Below, in pieces: positions 26,170 to 35,952 of a stretch of 64,000 nt of DNA. Under the pieces are notes generated by a model. The model searched no databases, was not told the origin of the DNA, and saw only the letters and a list, made by a program, of their open reading frames with translations. The stretch is from a virus: IMG/VR virus record IMGVR_UViG_3300013126_000010, positions 1-64,000 of that record; one strand, 5' to 3'. The position numbers and the translations under genes were made by a program. Numbering within the stretch: the first letter of the stretch is position 1; every line of letters starts with the position of its first letter.

Positions 26170-26472
26170 TTAGAATTTTAGTTTGAATATAAGATATTTG
26201 TTATTGTCTACTACATCATATGATGATTTCATATAACCACTATCATAATGTAATTTAATTCCATATTTTGATAACATGTATGTATCAAAATTTATTGGAT
26301 CATCATCGACATAAATTTGGATGTATTCTGTATTTATAATGTGTTTTAGTATTTTAAAGAATTTAGTAGAATCACTATCTATCAAATACTCTAAGTATGT
26401 TTTCACTATACCATCGTTATGCCCAGTTGCTTGTTTATAAATTGGTAATAAATCTTCAAAGTTAACGTCCAT
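26170..26472 (-). CDS. Hypothetical protein (100 aa)
   Basis: Co-oriented, abuts the gp46 stop; ends YDVVDNNKYLIFKLKF. Confidence 0.7.
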   Translation of the reverse strand: MDVNFEDLLPIYKQATGHNDGIVKTYLEYLIDSDSTKFFKILKHIINTEYIQIYVDDDPINFDTYMLSKYGIKLHYDSGYMKSSYDVVDNNKYLIFKLKF

Positions 26473-26473
26473 G

Positions 26474-28261
26474 TTATTCCTCGTATGTATATGATGTAAA
26501 GCTATTTTCTTTGACTGCTTTTAATACATTAGTCACTTTTGATGTCAATTCTTCTTTATGTGAAATTAAGAATACATTTTTATTGCGTTCATAAATCATG
26601 TTTCTAAGAAGATTTGTTGCATTTTCCGCACCTGATGCATCAAGACCAGCATCTAGCATTTCGTCAATTAGCATCAAGTTGATTGGTTGATATAAATTCT
26701 CCCAAACATCTCTGAATGCAAATGATAGTGATAATGACACTCTGGTCATTTCGCCACGTGATAGATTGTCAAAATCAAGATCACGACCAAGATAACTAAT
26801 ATCAGTTGACAAATCGCTATTAAACACAACGGAATGTGGCAGACCCATCTTTTCCAAATACATACCTAATCTGCTGTTTAATAGAGATAGATTCTGTTCA
26901 ATAATTTGTTTTCTTAGGAATGAATCTTTATTGGTTAACAGTTTTAATAATAAATCTTGATGTTCTTTTAACTTAGTTAATTCATTCATGTTGTCATAGT
27001 TAATAACAGTCAATGCCTTGTTACATAACTCATCAATTTGTTCTTGGTATGGATCGTTGTCCAAGTATCTAGTCTCTAATTTTTCTAACAAACCATTTAG
27101 TTTGTTCTTATGGTTTAGGGCATCTGTTAATGTTTTGTATACAGTAGTAATTTTAGTATCAAACAACCCAGTATTAGTAGAGTTCAATGCATCCAGTTCA
27201 TCGTATAATGGTTGTAGTTTTACAGCTATGGATTCAATTTCATTAATTGCAGAATGTATATTATCATTTGCTACTTGAATTAGTTCAGCATGTTTGGTGG
27301 TATGTAATCCTTGCTCACACATTGGGCATTTATTTGATGATAATGATTCCACTTGTTGTTCATATTGTTTTTGTTTTTTGTCTGCATTGAACAAAGATGT
27401 TTCTAAGTGTGAAATTTTTAAATTCAATGATTCAATTGAAGATGATATTGTTGCCTGTTGTTGAAGAGTTTCATGATTTTTTATTTCAGTATCAATATCA
27501 AACTCTTTCATTCTATCAATTCGATCAGCTAATGCAATACAATCATTGTCTTTGGTTTGTCCCCATTGGATTTGTGTTTGTTTTAATCTATCAATACTTT
27601 CTTGTATTTTATTATTTGCCGCAATATTAGCGTCGATTATTGCAGTTTCTTTGGTTAGAGAATCTTTTGTATCTTTAATTTGTTTCTTTAACAATTCTGC
27701 TTTTTCTGAAAGAATTGTTATACCAAGAAGATTTTCAATAATTTCACGTTGTTCAGCAGCTTTCATCCCAAGAAATGGAGTCGAATATGTATTCAATGAC
27801 ACCACATTTTTATACATTGTGTGGTCCATCATGAATAATTTTATTATTTCTTCTTGGGTATCACGTGAATCACCTTGCGCATCATTGTTATTATCAGTTC
27901 CTTCATCTTGTGCAACATCATTGATAAAGAATTTAAATACTGTAGGTTTTCTTCCACGTTCAATGCGATAATCATTTCCATTTTTAGAAAATGTTAATGT
28001 AACCAGCATATCACGTTCATTCATCTTGTTGATTAGATTATCAACTTTAATTTTTGTTAATGCCTGTCCAAATATAGCATATGATAATGCATGTGTTATT
28101 GTCGATTTTCCGCAACCATTTCTTGATCCAGCATCGTTACCACCCTGATCTCTATTTTCACCAAGGATTAATGTTAGATCATGCTGATTAAAGTCAATAG
28201 CTTGGGTACAATTCCCAACTGAAAGAAAGTTTTTAATTGTTAAATGATGTAATTTTATCAT
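26474..28261 (-). CDS. gp46: Recombination endonuclease ATPase subunit (gp46 / Rad50 / SbcC-like)
   Basis: KNFLSVGN, NGCGKST Walker A, CPMC zinc hook, LSRGE signature, LMLIDE Walker B, FLISH. Confidence 0.95.
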   Translation of the reverse strand: MIKLHHLTIKNFLSVGNCTQAIDFNQHDLTLILGENRDQGGNDAGSRNGCGKSTITHALSYAIFGQALTKIKVDNLINKMNERDMLVTLTFSKNGNDYRIERGRKPTVFKFFINDVAQDEGTDNNNDAQGDSRDTQEEIIKLFMMDHTMYKNVVSLNTYSTPFLGMKAAEQREIIENLLGITILSEKAELLKKQIKDTKDSLTKETAIIDANIAANNKIQESIDRLKQTQIQWGQTKDNDCIALADRIDRMKEFDIDTEIKNHETLQQQATISSSIESLNLKISHLETSLFNADKKQKQYEQQVESLSSNKCPMCEQGLHTTKHAELIQVANDNIHSAINEIESIAVKLQPLYDELDALNSTNTGLFDTKITTVYKTLTDALNHKNKLNGLLEKLETRYLDNDPYQEQIDELCNKALTVINYDNMNELTKLKEHQDLLLKLLTNKDSFLRKQIIEQNLSLLNSRLGMYLEKMGLPHSVVFNSDLSTDISYLGRDLDFDNLSRGEMTRVSLSLSFAFRDVWENLYQPINLMLIDEMLDAGLDASGAENATNLLRNMIYERNKNVFLISHKEELTSKVTNVLKAVKENSFTSYTYEE

Positions 28262-29265
28262 AATCCGGTATATATAGACAGTAGTAAATTGTTATCGAAT
28301 TTTTCACTTTTGAAATTCAATATTTGATTAGTGATTGTTTGATCAACTGATTCAACTATTAATGATTCATCTTCAGTGATAACATCATTCTTTTTATCAG
28401 CTAATAGGATAAGCTCTCTGATATTATATTCTTCATGTAGCTGTTCTTTTAATTGCATGGATTGTTCATATGATATGTCGATATCAATGGTAGCTTTGAT
28501 GAATTGTTTTGGTTTAATTGCCGATAAGTTGTCGCATAATTCACTTAGTTTTAATGTTCTAAATGTTGGTTGATCTGGCCAAGATATAAATTGTGGTTCT
28601 TTATCCCATTCTAAAATCATCATACCACGATCATCATCCCATGCATCGGAATATGTTAATGGGAATGCATTACCAATATAAGTAATATTACTAGTTGTTT
28701 GTCTTTTATGAAAATGCCCTGAGTAACAGTGTTCAATATTATTGAAATCTTTTGATGAAATTTCCCCATGATCTGGCATTTTAACCAATGAATTCATGTA
28801 AAATCCTGGCAATTCAAAATGACCAAACATGTATTTTCCCTTATATTTTTTTAGATGTTTGGCATCATCTTTTACCAGCCATGGAGCGATGATAACATTA
28901 CCTTCATTAAACCAATCATCAATGATGGTAATGTTATCGATATGTCTAGCCCATCTAACACTGTTTACACTTCTCCTATCTTTAAAGAATAGGTCATGGT
29001 TTCCTGGGATAAAGAACACGTTATCAAATGCTTCCCCTAACATTTCTAAACCACGAATTGCATAATTCATGGTTTTAAGGTTCATGGTATTCCTATTATT
29101 GTGATAGTCACCAAGGAATAGGCAGGTGTCGCATTTATGTTTTTTGGCAGTGTGAATGAACCATTGAATAAAAGAATCGCAGTCTTCATTGTGAAGGTCG
29201 CTATTACCTTTTGCACCAAAATGGATATCCCCAAAAACCGCAGCTTTTTTGAATAAAATTGTCAT
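28258..29265 (-). CDS. gp47: Recombination endonuclease nuclease subunit (gp47 / Mre11 / SbcD-like)
   Basis: GDIHFG, GDYHN, PGNHD, GHFE, SGHFH metallophosphoesterase motifs. Confidence 0.95.
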   Translation of the reverse strand: MTILFKKAAVFGDIHFGAKGNSDLHNEDCDSFIQWFIHTAKKHKCDTCLFLGDYHNNRNTMNLKTMNYAIRGLEMLGEAFDNVFFIPGNHDLFFKDRRSVNSVRWARHIDNITIIDDWFNEGNVIIAPWLVKDDAKHLKKYKGKYMFGHFELPGFYMNSLVKMPDHGEISSKDFNNIEHCYSGHFHKRQTTSNITYIGNAFPLTYSDAWDDDRGMMILEWDKEPQFISWPDQPTFRTLKLSELCDNLSAIKPKQFIKATIDIDISYEQSMQLKEQLHEEYNIRELILLADKKNDVITEDESLIVESVDQTITNQILNFKSEKFDNNLLLSIYTGL

Positions 29266-30023
29266 ATATATGTCGCCTTGTAACCGTTATGAAAAGTATT
29301 ATTTTGTGTTTTTTTTAATATTGTTTGCAACCATTGGCCAGTATGTTGTTCAAAATCTTTGCGGCTCTTGTAACACATAGTGGTTCCATCTGCCATTTCG
29401 ACTAATACTTTTTTACAGTTTAGCGCTGATGCCTTTTTTAAAGCATTTCTAGAATGATCTGCCATCACTGAATGATTTTTCTGCCAGTAGTCTTTGAAAA
29501 ATATTGATTTTTTCTCAATTACTTCAGGATTTGATTTATAATAGTCTCGCAAAGATTCCAACCGTGATGCTATTGTAGCAGGATCGCTACAGTGTGCAAC
29601 CATACGTTGTCTTTCTTCTGGAGTAGTATTAGCCCATTTTTTGATATTATACTCAGTAAATCTATTACTCAGTTCAGATTTAAACTGTATTAGGTCGGAT
29701 TCTGATAAAGTTTCCCATCCATAGGCACCCAACCCATCACCACCTCTACTGCAATTTAATCCATTTTTGTATGAATCATGTAATCCAATGTAGTATATTT
29801 CTGCTTGTGCTAATTCCGCGATATTAGAAAATCCTTGTTCAATTACTTCATATTTACATTGTTCTAGACCATATTCCATCATTTTTTGGTATAATAATTT
29901 ATTATGGTTCTTTTTATATTCTCTGCAGTGTGTTTTCCATCTAGATTTTTTATAAACTGGTTTAGTGTCGAACCCGATGTAAACTTGATTGATAGGAATG
30001 ATTGTGATTTTGTAAATAAACAT
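29262..30023 (-). CDS. Free-standing GIY-YIG (Seg-like) homing endonuclease
   Basis: MFIYKIT...VYIG...RWKTH...AEIYYI...GLNCSRGGDG; C-terminal NUMOD1/HTH-like region. Confidence 0.85.
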   Translation of the reverse strand: MFIYKITIIPINQVYIGFDTKPVYKKSRWKTHCREYKKNHNKLLYQKMMEYGLEQCKYEVIEQGFSNIAELAQAEIYYIGLHDSYKNGLNCSRGGDGLGAYGWETLSESDLIQFKSELSNRFTEYNIKKWANTTPEERQRMVAHCSDPATIASRLESLRDYYKSNPEVIEKKSIFFKDYWQKNHSVMADHSRNALKKASALNCKKVLVEMADGTTMCYKSRKDFEQHTGQWLQTILKKTQNNTFHNGYKATYI

Positions 30024-30024
30024 G

Positions 30025-30070
30025 CTTTATCTCCGTAATGAATAAATATTTATTCATTACGGAGATAAAG
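30025..30070. promoter_or_regulatory. Perfect 46-bp palindrome containing the late promoter and sequestering the endonuclease RBS
   Basis: ctttatctccgtaatgaataaat|atttattcattacggagataaag; on minus the 3' arm holds GGAG 7 nt before the ATG. Confidence 0.85.
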
Positions 30071-30084
30071 ATATTTCAATTAAG

Positions 30085-30112
30085 ATATTAATAAAAATTG
30101 TAAAAATGTCAA
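30085..30112 (-). promoter_or_regulatory. Possible sigma70-type promoter for the endonuclease-gp47-gp46 operon
   Basis: TTGACA-N16-TAATAT; perfect -35, imperfect -10 and spacing. Confidence 0.45.
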
Positions 30113-30114
30113 TC

Positions 30115-31086
30115 CTATGATTCATCTACAATATTTTCGACTTCTTCTGTTAATTCTTCCGCCAATTCTTCTAATAGCTGGTCATCTACTGGTTGTTTGG
30201 ATTTATTTAACGCAATTGATTTCAATCTTTTTGACAATTCTGCGCTAGTGATGTATTTGTATTTCGGGTCTATTTCTCTATTCGAATATATTTCATGTTC
30301 ATGCGCAATGGTACGAGAAAAACTAGGTTCCAAGCCATTTGATTCAAGTAGTTCATCTCTGGATACTTGGTTACGTTTTTCTACGTTAATAACTCTAACT
30401 TGTGCATTTGTTATTACTGATGATAGATATGAAAATGGGTTTGATGAATGATATTCGTTAAATTGTAATCCAACGTTAATTAATTGTAAAATTGCATTCC
30501 CCTTCATTTCATCTAGATAGGTGTACATGTTTATATTACCTTTGGTAGAATACTTGTCGCATAATTTCATATACATTTTTGCAAGTTTATCTGTGATTTG
30601 CCCATGTGTTTTACAGAAATACCCATTATCCACATCACCCTTCCAGTGGCTTTTTCCAACACATAGTAACTCACCATGATCATTTAGTTTCCAATGCTGA
30701 AATGGTGGGAAATTTATTTTTTCTTTATGGTCTGCTATTGTTTTTGGGGTTTTTTTTCTGCCTGGGTGTAAAGGAATGTGATCGTATGTCATTACTCTGA
30801 AAATAAGATCAGTTGTTAATATAGTAGATGGGTCGATTGCACATTCTGATAATTTTATTTTTTCTTTAAGAACATGTTTTTTATATTCATATATTTCTTG
30901 TGACAAACGTTTTGCTCTATTTTTACGAGCTGTTTCAATGTTTTCTAAATTAATATCATTTAGGTCAAGTAGAATTATATCATACTGGTGATATGCTTTA
31001 TTTAAAAATGAACTGAATGATGTTTTTGATTTATGAATTTCTGCCATAAGGTCTGCATTGTTTAGATAATTTACTCTTGTTGACAT
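30115..31086 (-). CDS. gp55: Late transcription sigma factor (T4 gp55-like)
   Basis: NYLNNADLMAEIHKSK...YTYLDEMKGNAILQL...FNEYHSSNPFSY...EKRNQ..RDELLE. Confidence 0.85.
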   Translation of the reverse strand: MSTRVNYLNNADLMAEIHKSKTSFSSFLNKAYHQYDIILLDLNDINLENIETARKNRAKRLSQEIYEYKKHVLKEKIKLSECAIDPSTILTTDLIFRVMTYDHIPLHPGRKKTPKTIADHKEKINFPPFQHWKLNDHGELLCVGKSHWKGDVDNGYFCKTHGQITDKLAKMYMKLCDKYSTKGNINMYTYLDEMKGNAILQLINVGLQFNEYHSSNPFSYLSSVITNAQVRVINVEKRNQVSRDELLESNGLEPSFSRTIAHEHEIYSNREIDPKYKYITSAELSKRLKSIALNKSKQPVDDQLLEELAEELTEEVENIVDES

Positions 31087-31121
31087 GGTGGTATCCTGGG
31101 TTAATAAAAATGATGACTCTA

Positions 31122-31178
31122 TATTTATTATATGTGTTCAACTTCATAAAAAAACAACTATTTTTAAAAAAATAAATA
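31122..31178. promoter_or_regulatory. Divergent promoter region: bipartite motif 31125-31158 plus overlapping ATAAATA 31122-31128 (minus, gp55); ATAAATA 31172-31178 (plus, baseplate operon)
   Basis: Motifs read directly from the 111-bp intergenic gap. Confidence 0.65.
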
Positions 31179-31197
31179 CATTATTAGGAGAATAATT

Positions 31198-32121
31198 ATG
31201 GCTTTAGATAATGTATTGACACAGGCTAAAAATGAAGTTGGTGGGTTAGTTAATGATGTGACTAGTGGAGTGTCCGGTATAGTTGGAAATATAACCCAGA
31301 ATGGCAAAAATCTATATGAAGGTATAACTAATCCATCACAGATAGCAGCTGCTGCTAGAAAAGCCTTATTACCGCTTGGTGGTAGCACATTTAAAACAGC
31401 ACTGGTTGACTTTCTTGGACCTGAAAACTCTAAAGATTGGAGGGTTCGATTATCAATACCATTTAATTTCTTCATGAGTAGTGCTGTATTTGAACCATTA
31501 GTTAATGCAGGTGGGTTAATATTCCCGTATACACCAACTATAAGAATATCTGGTGGTGCAAATTACGACGATATTGATGTCACTCATCAGAATTATCCAT
31601 TCTTGGCATACAAAAATAGTAAACCTGGGGATATTACTATTTCTGGTGATTTCAACGTTCAGGATGTCGAACAAGCAAAATATTGGATAGCAGTAGTGCA
31701 CTTTTTACGATCATCTACTAAGATGTTTACTGGAGGGAAAGAAAATGAACAAGGTAGCCCACCACCAATCCTATCATTAAATGCATATGGAGATTTTGTA
31801 TTTAAAAAAGTGCCAGTTGTTATTAAGAGTTTTGATATAGATCTACCGAAAGATTGTGATTACATATCAACTAAACCAAAAAGAGGATTGACAACTAATT
31901 TAAAAAGTCTTGGAATATCCGCTGCAATGTCACAATTTAATCCTGATGACTTTATTGGTGGGTTAGCAACCATGATGCTGGCGGGTGAGGGAGAATCACA
32001 TGTACCAGTAAAAAGCACTATCAGTGTAACGTTACAGCCAGTTTATAGTAGGGAAGCAGTGAAGCAGTTTAGTTTACAAGCATTTGTTAATGGGCAATAT
32101 ATTATGGGAGGATTTATTTAA
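31198..32121 (+). CDS. Baseplate tail-tube cap / initiator (T4 gp48/gp54-like)
   Basis: WRVRLS...GLIFPYTPTI...HQNYPF...ITISGDF...PPPILSLNAYG...VPVKSTISVTLQPVYSR. Confidence 0.7.
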   Translation: MALDNVLTQAKNEVGGLVNDVTSGVSGIVGNITQNGKNLYEGITNPSQIAAAARKALLPLGGSTFKTALVDFLGPENSKDWRVRLSIPFNFFMSSAVFEPLVNAGGLIFPYTPTIRISGGANYDDIDVTHQNYPFLAYKNSKPGDITISGDFNVQDVEQAKYWIAVVHFLRSSTKMFTGGKENEQGSPPPILSLNAYGDFVFKKVPVVIKSFDIDLPKDCDYISTKPKRGLTTNLKSLGISAAMSQFNPDDFIGGLATMMLAGEGESHVPVKSTISVTLQPVYSREAVKQFSLQAFVNGQYIMGGFI

Positions 32122-32414
32122 TGTACGCGCAGACAAGTCCATGGTATACAACACCAATAAACAATCAATATTTGGATGTTCTTAATATTAGACCAGTGAG
32201 TAAGCAATCAGATGATTCATTGTTTGAGATCCAGTCAGTATATACATATAGACCAGATTTGTTGGCATATGATTTGTACGGAACAACCAAATTATGGTGG
32301 GTTTTCATGCAGAGAAATATGGATGTAATAAAAGATCCAATTTATGATTTTGTGGCTGGAACAAAAATTTATTTACCACAGAAAGAAGGGTTATTTAAAG
32401 TATTAGGATTATAA
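32121..32414 (+). CDS. gp53: Baseplate wedge subunit (T4 gp53-like, LysM-like)
   Basis: YTYRPDLLAYDLYGTTKLWWVF...IYLP. Confidence 0.8.
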   Translation: MYAQTSPWYTTPINNQYLDVLNIRPVSKQSDDSLFEIQSVYTYRPDLLAYDLYGTTKLWWVFMQRNMDVIKDPIYDFVAGTKIYLPQKEGLFKVLGL

Positions 32415-34531
32415 TGAGTATTTTTTCAGACATTCAAGACGCTATATCTAAATTAGAAGTACCTGCTAAACCTCCATTTAGTAATGTACTACATAGTTAT
32501 GCAACCTATAATTATATATTCACGATGAGTATTTTAGATAAAACTAGAATTGGAGTACCAGCGAGAACGTATAAAAAAGGTGATATTGGGCAAATAATAT
32601 TCAAAAGTGCAAGTGGTGATCCTAAAAATAGAGTACCAATAGGAAAATATGGCTCATTTGACTTTTTTATCGATGATGTAAATATTACCAGCCAAATGGG
32701 ATTAGATTTAGTATCTGGGAATACTAACTCATCTATAATAACATTTAAAATAACAGAACCATACAGTATGGGGATGTTTCTTCATGCACTTGAAGTTGGG
32801 GCAAAACAAATGGGTTATGAAAATTACGCATCAGCTCCGATCTTATTAACTATTGAATTTATTGGAAATTTAAATCCAAGTGAATATGGGGTAAGTAGTG
32901 AACAGTTAACAAAAATAGAAAAAACCACTAGACATATCCCTATAAAAATAATGAAAGCAGAAATGTCAGTGACACATGCAGGTAGTATATATGATGTTAC
33001 TGCATGTGCATGGAATGATGCAGCACAATCTACCACCTACATGACTGCTCAATCAGACTTGTCAATTACTGGTTCAACAGTACAAGAATTATTACAATCA
33101 GGTGAGAATAGTTTAGAAGCAGTGTTAAATAAAAGATGGATGGATGAAGCAGTCAAAGCAAAAAAAGATCCAGACCAATTATTGATATTGTTTCCAAAAG
33201 ACCCTAAAACCGATAGTGGAGTAACAAGTGTATTTAAATCATTTAGTGCAACAATAGATCCTAATTCAATGAATAATATTGTGACGTTAAGAGATGTATT
33301 AAATGTCAAACCGGTGACATTGGCAGACGTTGAAGTATTAGTACAAGACACCAATAATGTTAATGCATTCGGAACAGCATCAATGAATTTTAACGTGTAT
33401 GACGGGGTTTCAACCCCATTTGCTGAAAATAGTGTAGTGTATGATGATAAAACTAAAACATATACTCGCGGAAATTTAACTATCAAAGCCAATAAAGGGA
33501 ACACGGTTGGTGATATGAAATTCTCACAAGGTGCTGATATAAGGGCAATTATTAATGAAGTTATCTTAATGAGTGATTATGGTCAAAAAGTTTTAAAAAA
33601 AGAAGAAGTTGAAAAACAAAAAGGAAAGATAAGTTGGTGGAGATTGGATTTTCAGTCATATCCAATTGACTCGGATAAAAACAAATATGCTACTGGTGAT
33701 GCACCTAAACTTGTGGTTGTTAGAGTTGTCCCATACACGGTAAGTTCGGCAGTATTTCTTCCATCTAACAAAGCAGATCCATATATAAAAGATAGACTAA
33801 AAGAAGCAATAAAATCATATGATTACATATATACTGGCAAAAATTATGATATTATATCATTTGATATAAATTTTAAATATGCTGTGTATCAAGGGCTGTT
33901 TGATGTAAAAAATACTGGTGACCAAAAATTAAAAGAACAACAGGCACCATTAGCAGAACCTGAAAAACCAAAATCACAAGAAAGTGGATATCTATCATCG
34001 TTGCTCTATAATATTGAGGAATTGGTTGATGATGTGAATCCATTTAAAAAACGGGTAAAGACTGATGTTACCTCAACAAGTTCATCATTAAAAGGTGGTT
34101 CTTTGGCAGACACTGAAGCAACAAAAATTGCAAAGCATGCACATGATTTAATATTATCAGGGGTGCATTTAATGACTGCTACTGTAAAAATAATAGGTGA
34201 TCCATATTTTTTAGGTGATAGTGGTCTTGGTAATTATACTGCACCTGAAACACAATATAGTAATTTAAATGCAGACGGATGCATAAATTATCAAAATGGT
34301 GAGGTTGATATTGCACTAAATTTTAAGACACCGATTGACATAGATCCTGCTATTGGAACTTATGAATTTGGTGGTCTGGAATTAGTCAGTTCATTCAGTG
34401 GATTATACCGAGTATTAAAGTGTGAGAATAATTTTTCTAAAGGTAAGTTTACTCAAGAATTAACATTATCTAGATGCATTGGGCAAGATCCAGTAACGGG
34501 TCAGCTGGCGGGATTAAAACCAACTAATTGA
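32414..34531 (+). CDS. Baseplate hub protein (T4 gp27-like)
   Basis: Position between gp53 and gp5; IIGDPYFL, GLYRVLKCENNFSKGKFTQELTL C-terminal hub fold. Confidence 0.65.
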   Translation: MSIFSDIQDAISKLEVPAKPPFSNVLHSYATYNYIFTMSILDKTRIGVPARTYKKGDIGQIIFKSASGDPKNRVPIGKYGSFDFFIDDVNITSQMGLDLVSGNTNSSIITFKITEPYSMGMFLHALEVGAKQMGYENYASAPILLTIEFIGNLNPSEYGVSSEQLTKIEKTTRHIPIKIMKAEMSVTHAGSIYDVTACAWNDAAQSTTYMTAQSDLSITGSTVQELLQSGENSLEAVLNKRWMDEAVKAKKDPDQLLILFPKDPKTDSGVTSVFKSFSATIDPNSMNNIVTLRDVLNVKPVTLADVEVLVQDTNNVNAFGTASMNFNVYDGVSTPFAENSVVYDDKTKTYTRGNLTIKANKGNTVGDMKFSQGADIRAIINEVILMSDYGQKVLKKEEVEKQKGKISWWRLDFQSYPIDSDKNKYATGDAPKLVVVRVVPYTVSSAVFLPSNKADPYIKDRLKEAIKSYDYIYTGKNYDIISFDINFKYAVYQGLFDVKNTGDQKLKEQQAPLAEPEKPKSQESGYLSSLLYNIEELVDDVNPFKKRVKTDVTSTSSSLKGGSLADTEATKIAKHAHDLILSGVHLMTATVKIIGDPYFLGDSGLGNYTAPETQYSNLNADGCINYQNGEVDIALNFKTPIDIDPAIGTYEFGGLELVSSFSGLYRVLKCENNFSKGKFTQELTLSRCIGQDPVTGQLAGLKPTN

Positions 34532-34539
34532 GAGTTATA

Positions 34540-35940
34540 ATGGCAGAAGAAACAAAAAAACCCATATTTTCTACAACAAATAATGCAGGACCATTTATTG
34601 CTAAAGTAATAAGCCACTTAGATCCAACCAGTATGGGTGGATTGGAGGTCGAGATCATGCGAGAAGTTGGAAATGACACATCAACAGCTGGGCAGGTTCA
34701 TCAAGTTAGATATATGAGTCCATTTTATGGAGTAACCAGTATAGACTTTGTTGGCTCAGATCCAAATGATTATAACAACACCCAAAAAAGTTATGGGATG
34801 TGGTTTATTCCGCCTGATGTTGGTACAATGGTGATGATCATATTCATTGAAGGCGACCCTAGAAAAGGTTATTGGATAGGGTGTATCCCAGACGAACGAA
34901 TGAATTTCATGATACCTGGGATAGCGGCTACGAAATTTGCTCAAGGTGGTGACGGTAAAAGCCGAGTACCAACAGCTGAATATAACAAGAAAACACAAAA
35001 AAGCACTAATGATGCAAACCACTATCAAAAACCCCCGCATCCATTTAAATCAGTACTAGAATCACAGGGATTATTAAATGATGATATTAGAGGAATAACG
35101 ACGAGTTCTGCAAGGCGTGAAGTGCCATCAGCGGTATTTGGTATATCTACTCCTGGACCACTTGATAAAGCAAAAAATGCAAAAAAAGGTAATGTCGGGA
35201 AGAGAGGATCAACTGCGAACGTATTTGTAAGCAGACTTGGTGGGTCATCTTTTGTAATGGATGATGGTGATGATAAATTTTTAAGAAAAGGTCCAGCATC
35301 AACTACCGGACCAGATTATGCTGCAGTGGAACAAGGTGAAGCTGGTGGTGATGTTGGTATACCACATAATGAATTATTAAGATTAAGAACGAGAACAGGC
35401 CACCAGATATTATTGCATAATTCAGAAGATTTAATATATATTGGTAATGCAAGAGGGACTACTTGGATTGAATTAACTAGTAATGGTAAAATTGACATTT
35501 ATGCAAATGATAGTATTAGTATTCATACAGAAAATGATTTAAATGTTACAGCAGACAGAGATATTAATTTCAAAGCTGGTAATGCAATCAATCTAAAATC
35601 TAATAGTGTTAATATTGACGGTAGTTCAAATATAAATTTAAAGTCTAATGCAATTAAATCATCATTAATCACTGGTGAAATAACCAATGCATATCAAGCA
35701 AAAACAGCAGTTAATAATGGAGGGTATTCAACTCCGTCTGGACCATCAAGTGCAAAAACTCCACAAAGAGTTCCACAACACGAGCCATGGAGTGGGCATG
35801 AAAATTTAGATCCTGTAAATTGTACACCAACAAAAACGGATTCATCAAATGCTGGAACTGACAGCACTCCATCTATGTATAATAAATATACAACAAAGGT
35901 TGATACTTTTGAAAAAATATCACCACCTGAAAAGAAGTAA
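34540..35940 (+). CDS. Baseplate central spike (T4 gp5 / VgrG-like, OB fold + beta helix)
   Basis: SYGMWFIPPDVGTMV..F..GDP..GYWIGC; RLRTRTGHQILLH...WIELTSNGKIDIYA; VPQHEPW tip. Start set to ATG 34540. Confidence 0.8.
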   Translation: MAEETKKPIFSTTNNAGPFIAKVISHLDPTSMGGLEVEIMREVGNDTSTAGQVHQVRYMSPFYGVTSIDFVGSDPNDYNNTQKSYGMWFIPPDVGTMVMIIFIEGDPRKGYWIGCIPDERMNFMIPGIAATKFAQGGDGKSRVPTAEYNKKTQKSTNDANHYQKPPHPFKSVLESQGLLNDDIRGITTSSARREVPSAVFGISTPGPLDKAKNAKKGNVGKRGSTANVFVSRLGGSSFVMDDGDDKFLRKGPASTTGPDYAAVEQGEAGGDVGIPHNELLRLRTRTGHQILLHNSEDLIYIGNARGTTWIELTSNGKIDIYANDSISIHTENDLNVTADRDINFKAGNAINLKSNSVNIDGSSNINLKSNAIKSSLITGEITNAYQAKTAVNNGGYSTPSGPSSAKTPQRVPQHEPWSGHENLDPVNCTPTKTDSSNAGTDSTPSMYNKYTTKVDTFEKISPPEKK

Positions 35941-35952
35941 TAAGGAAATTAT

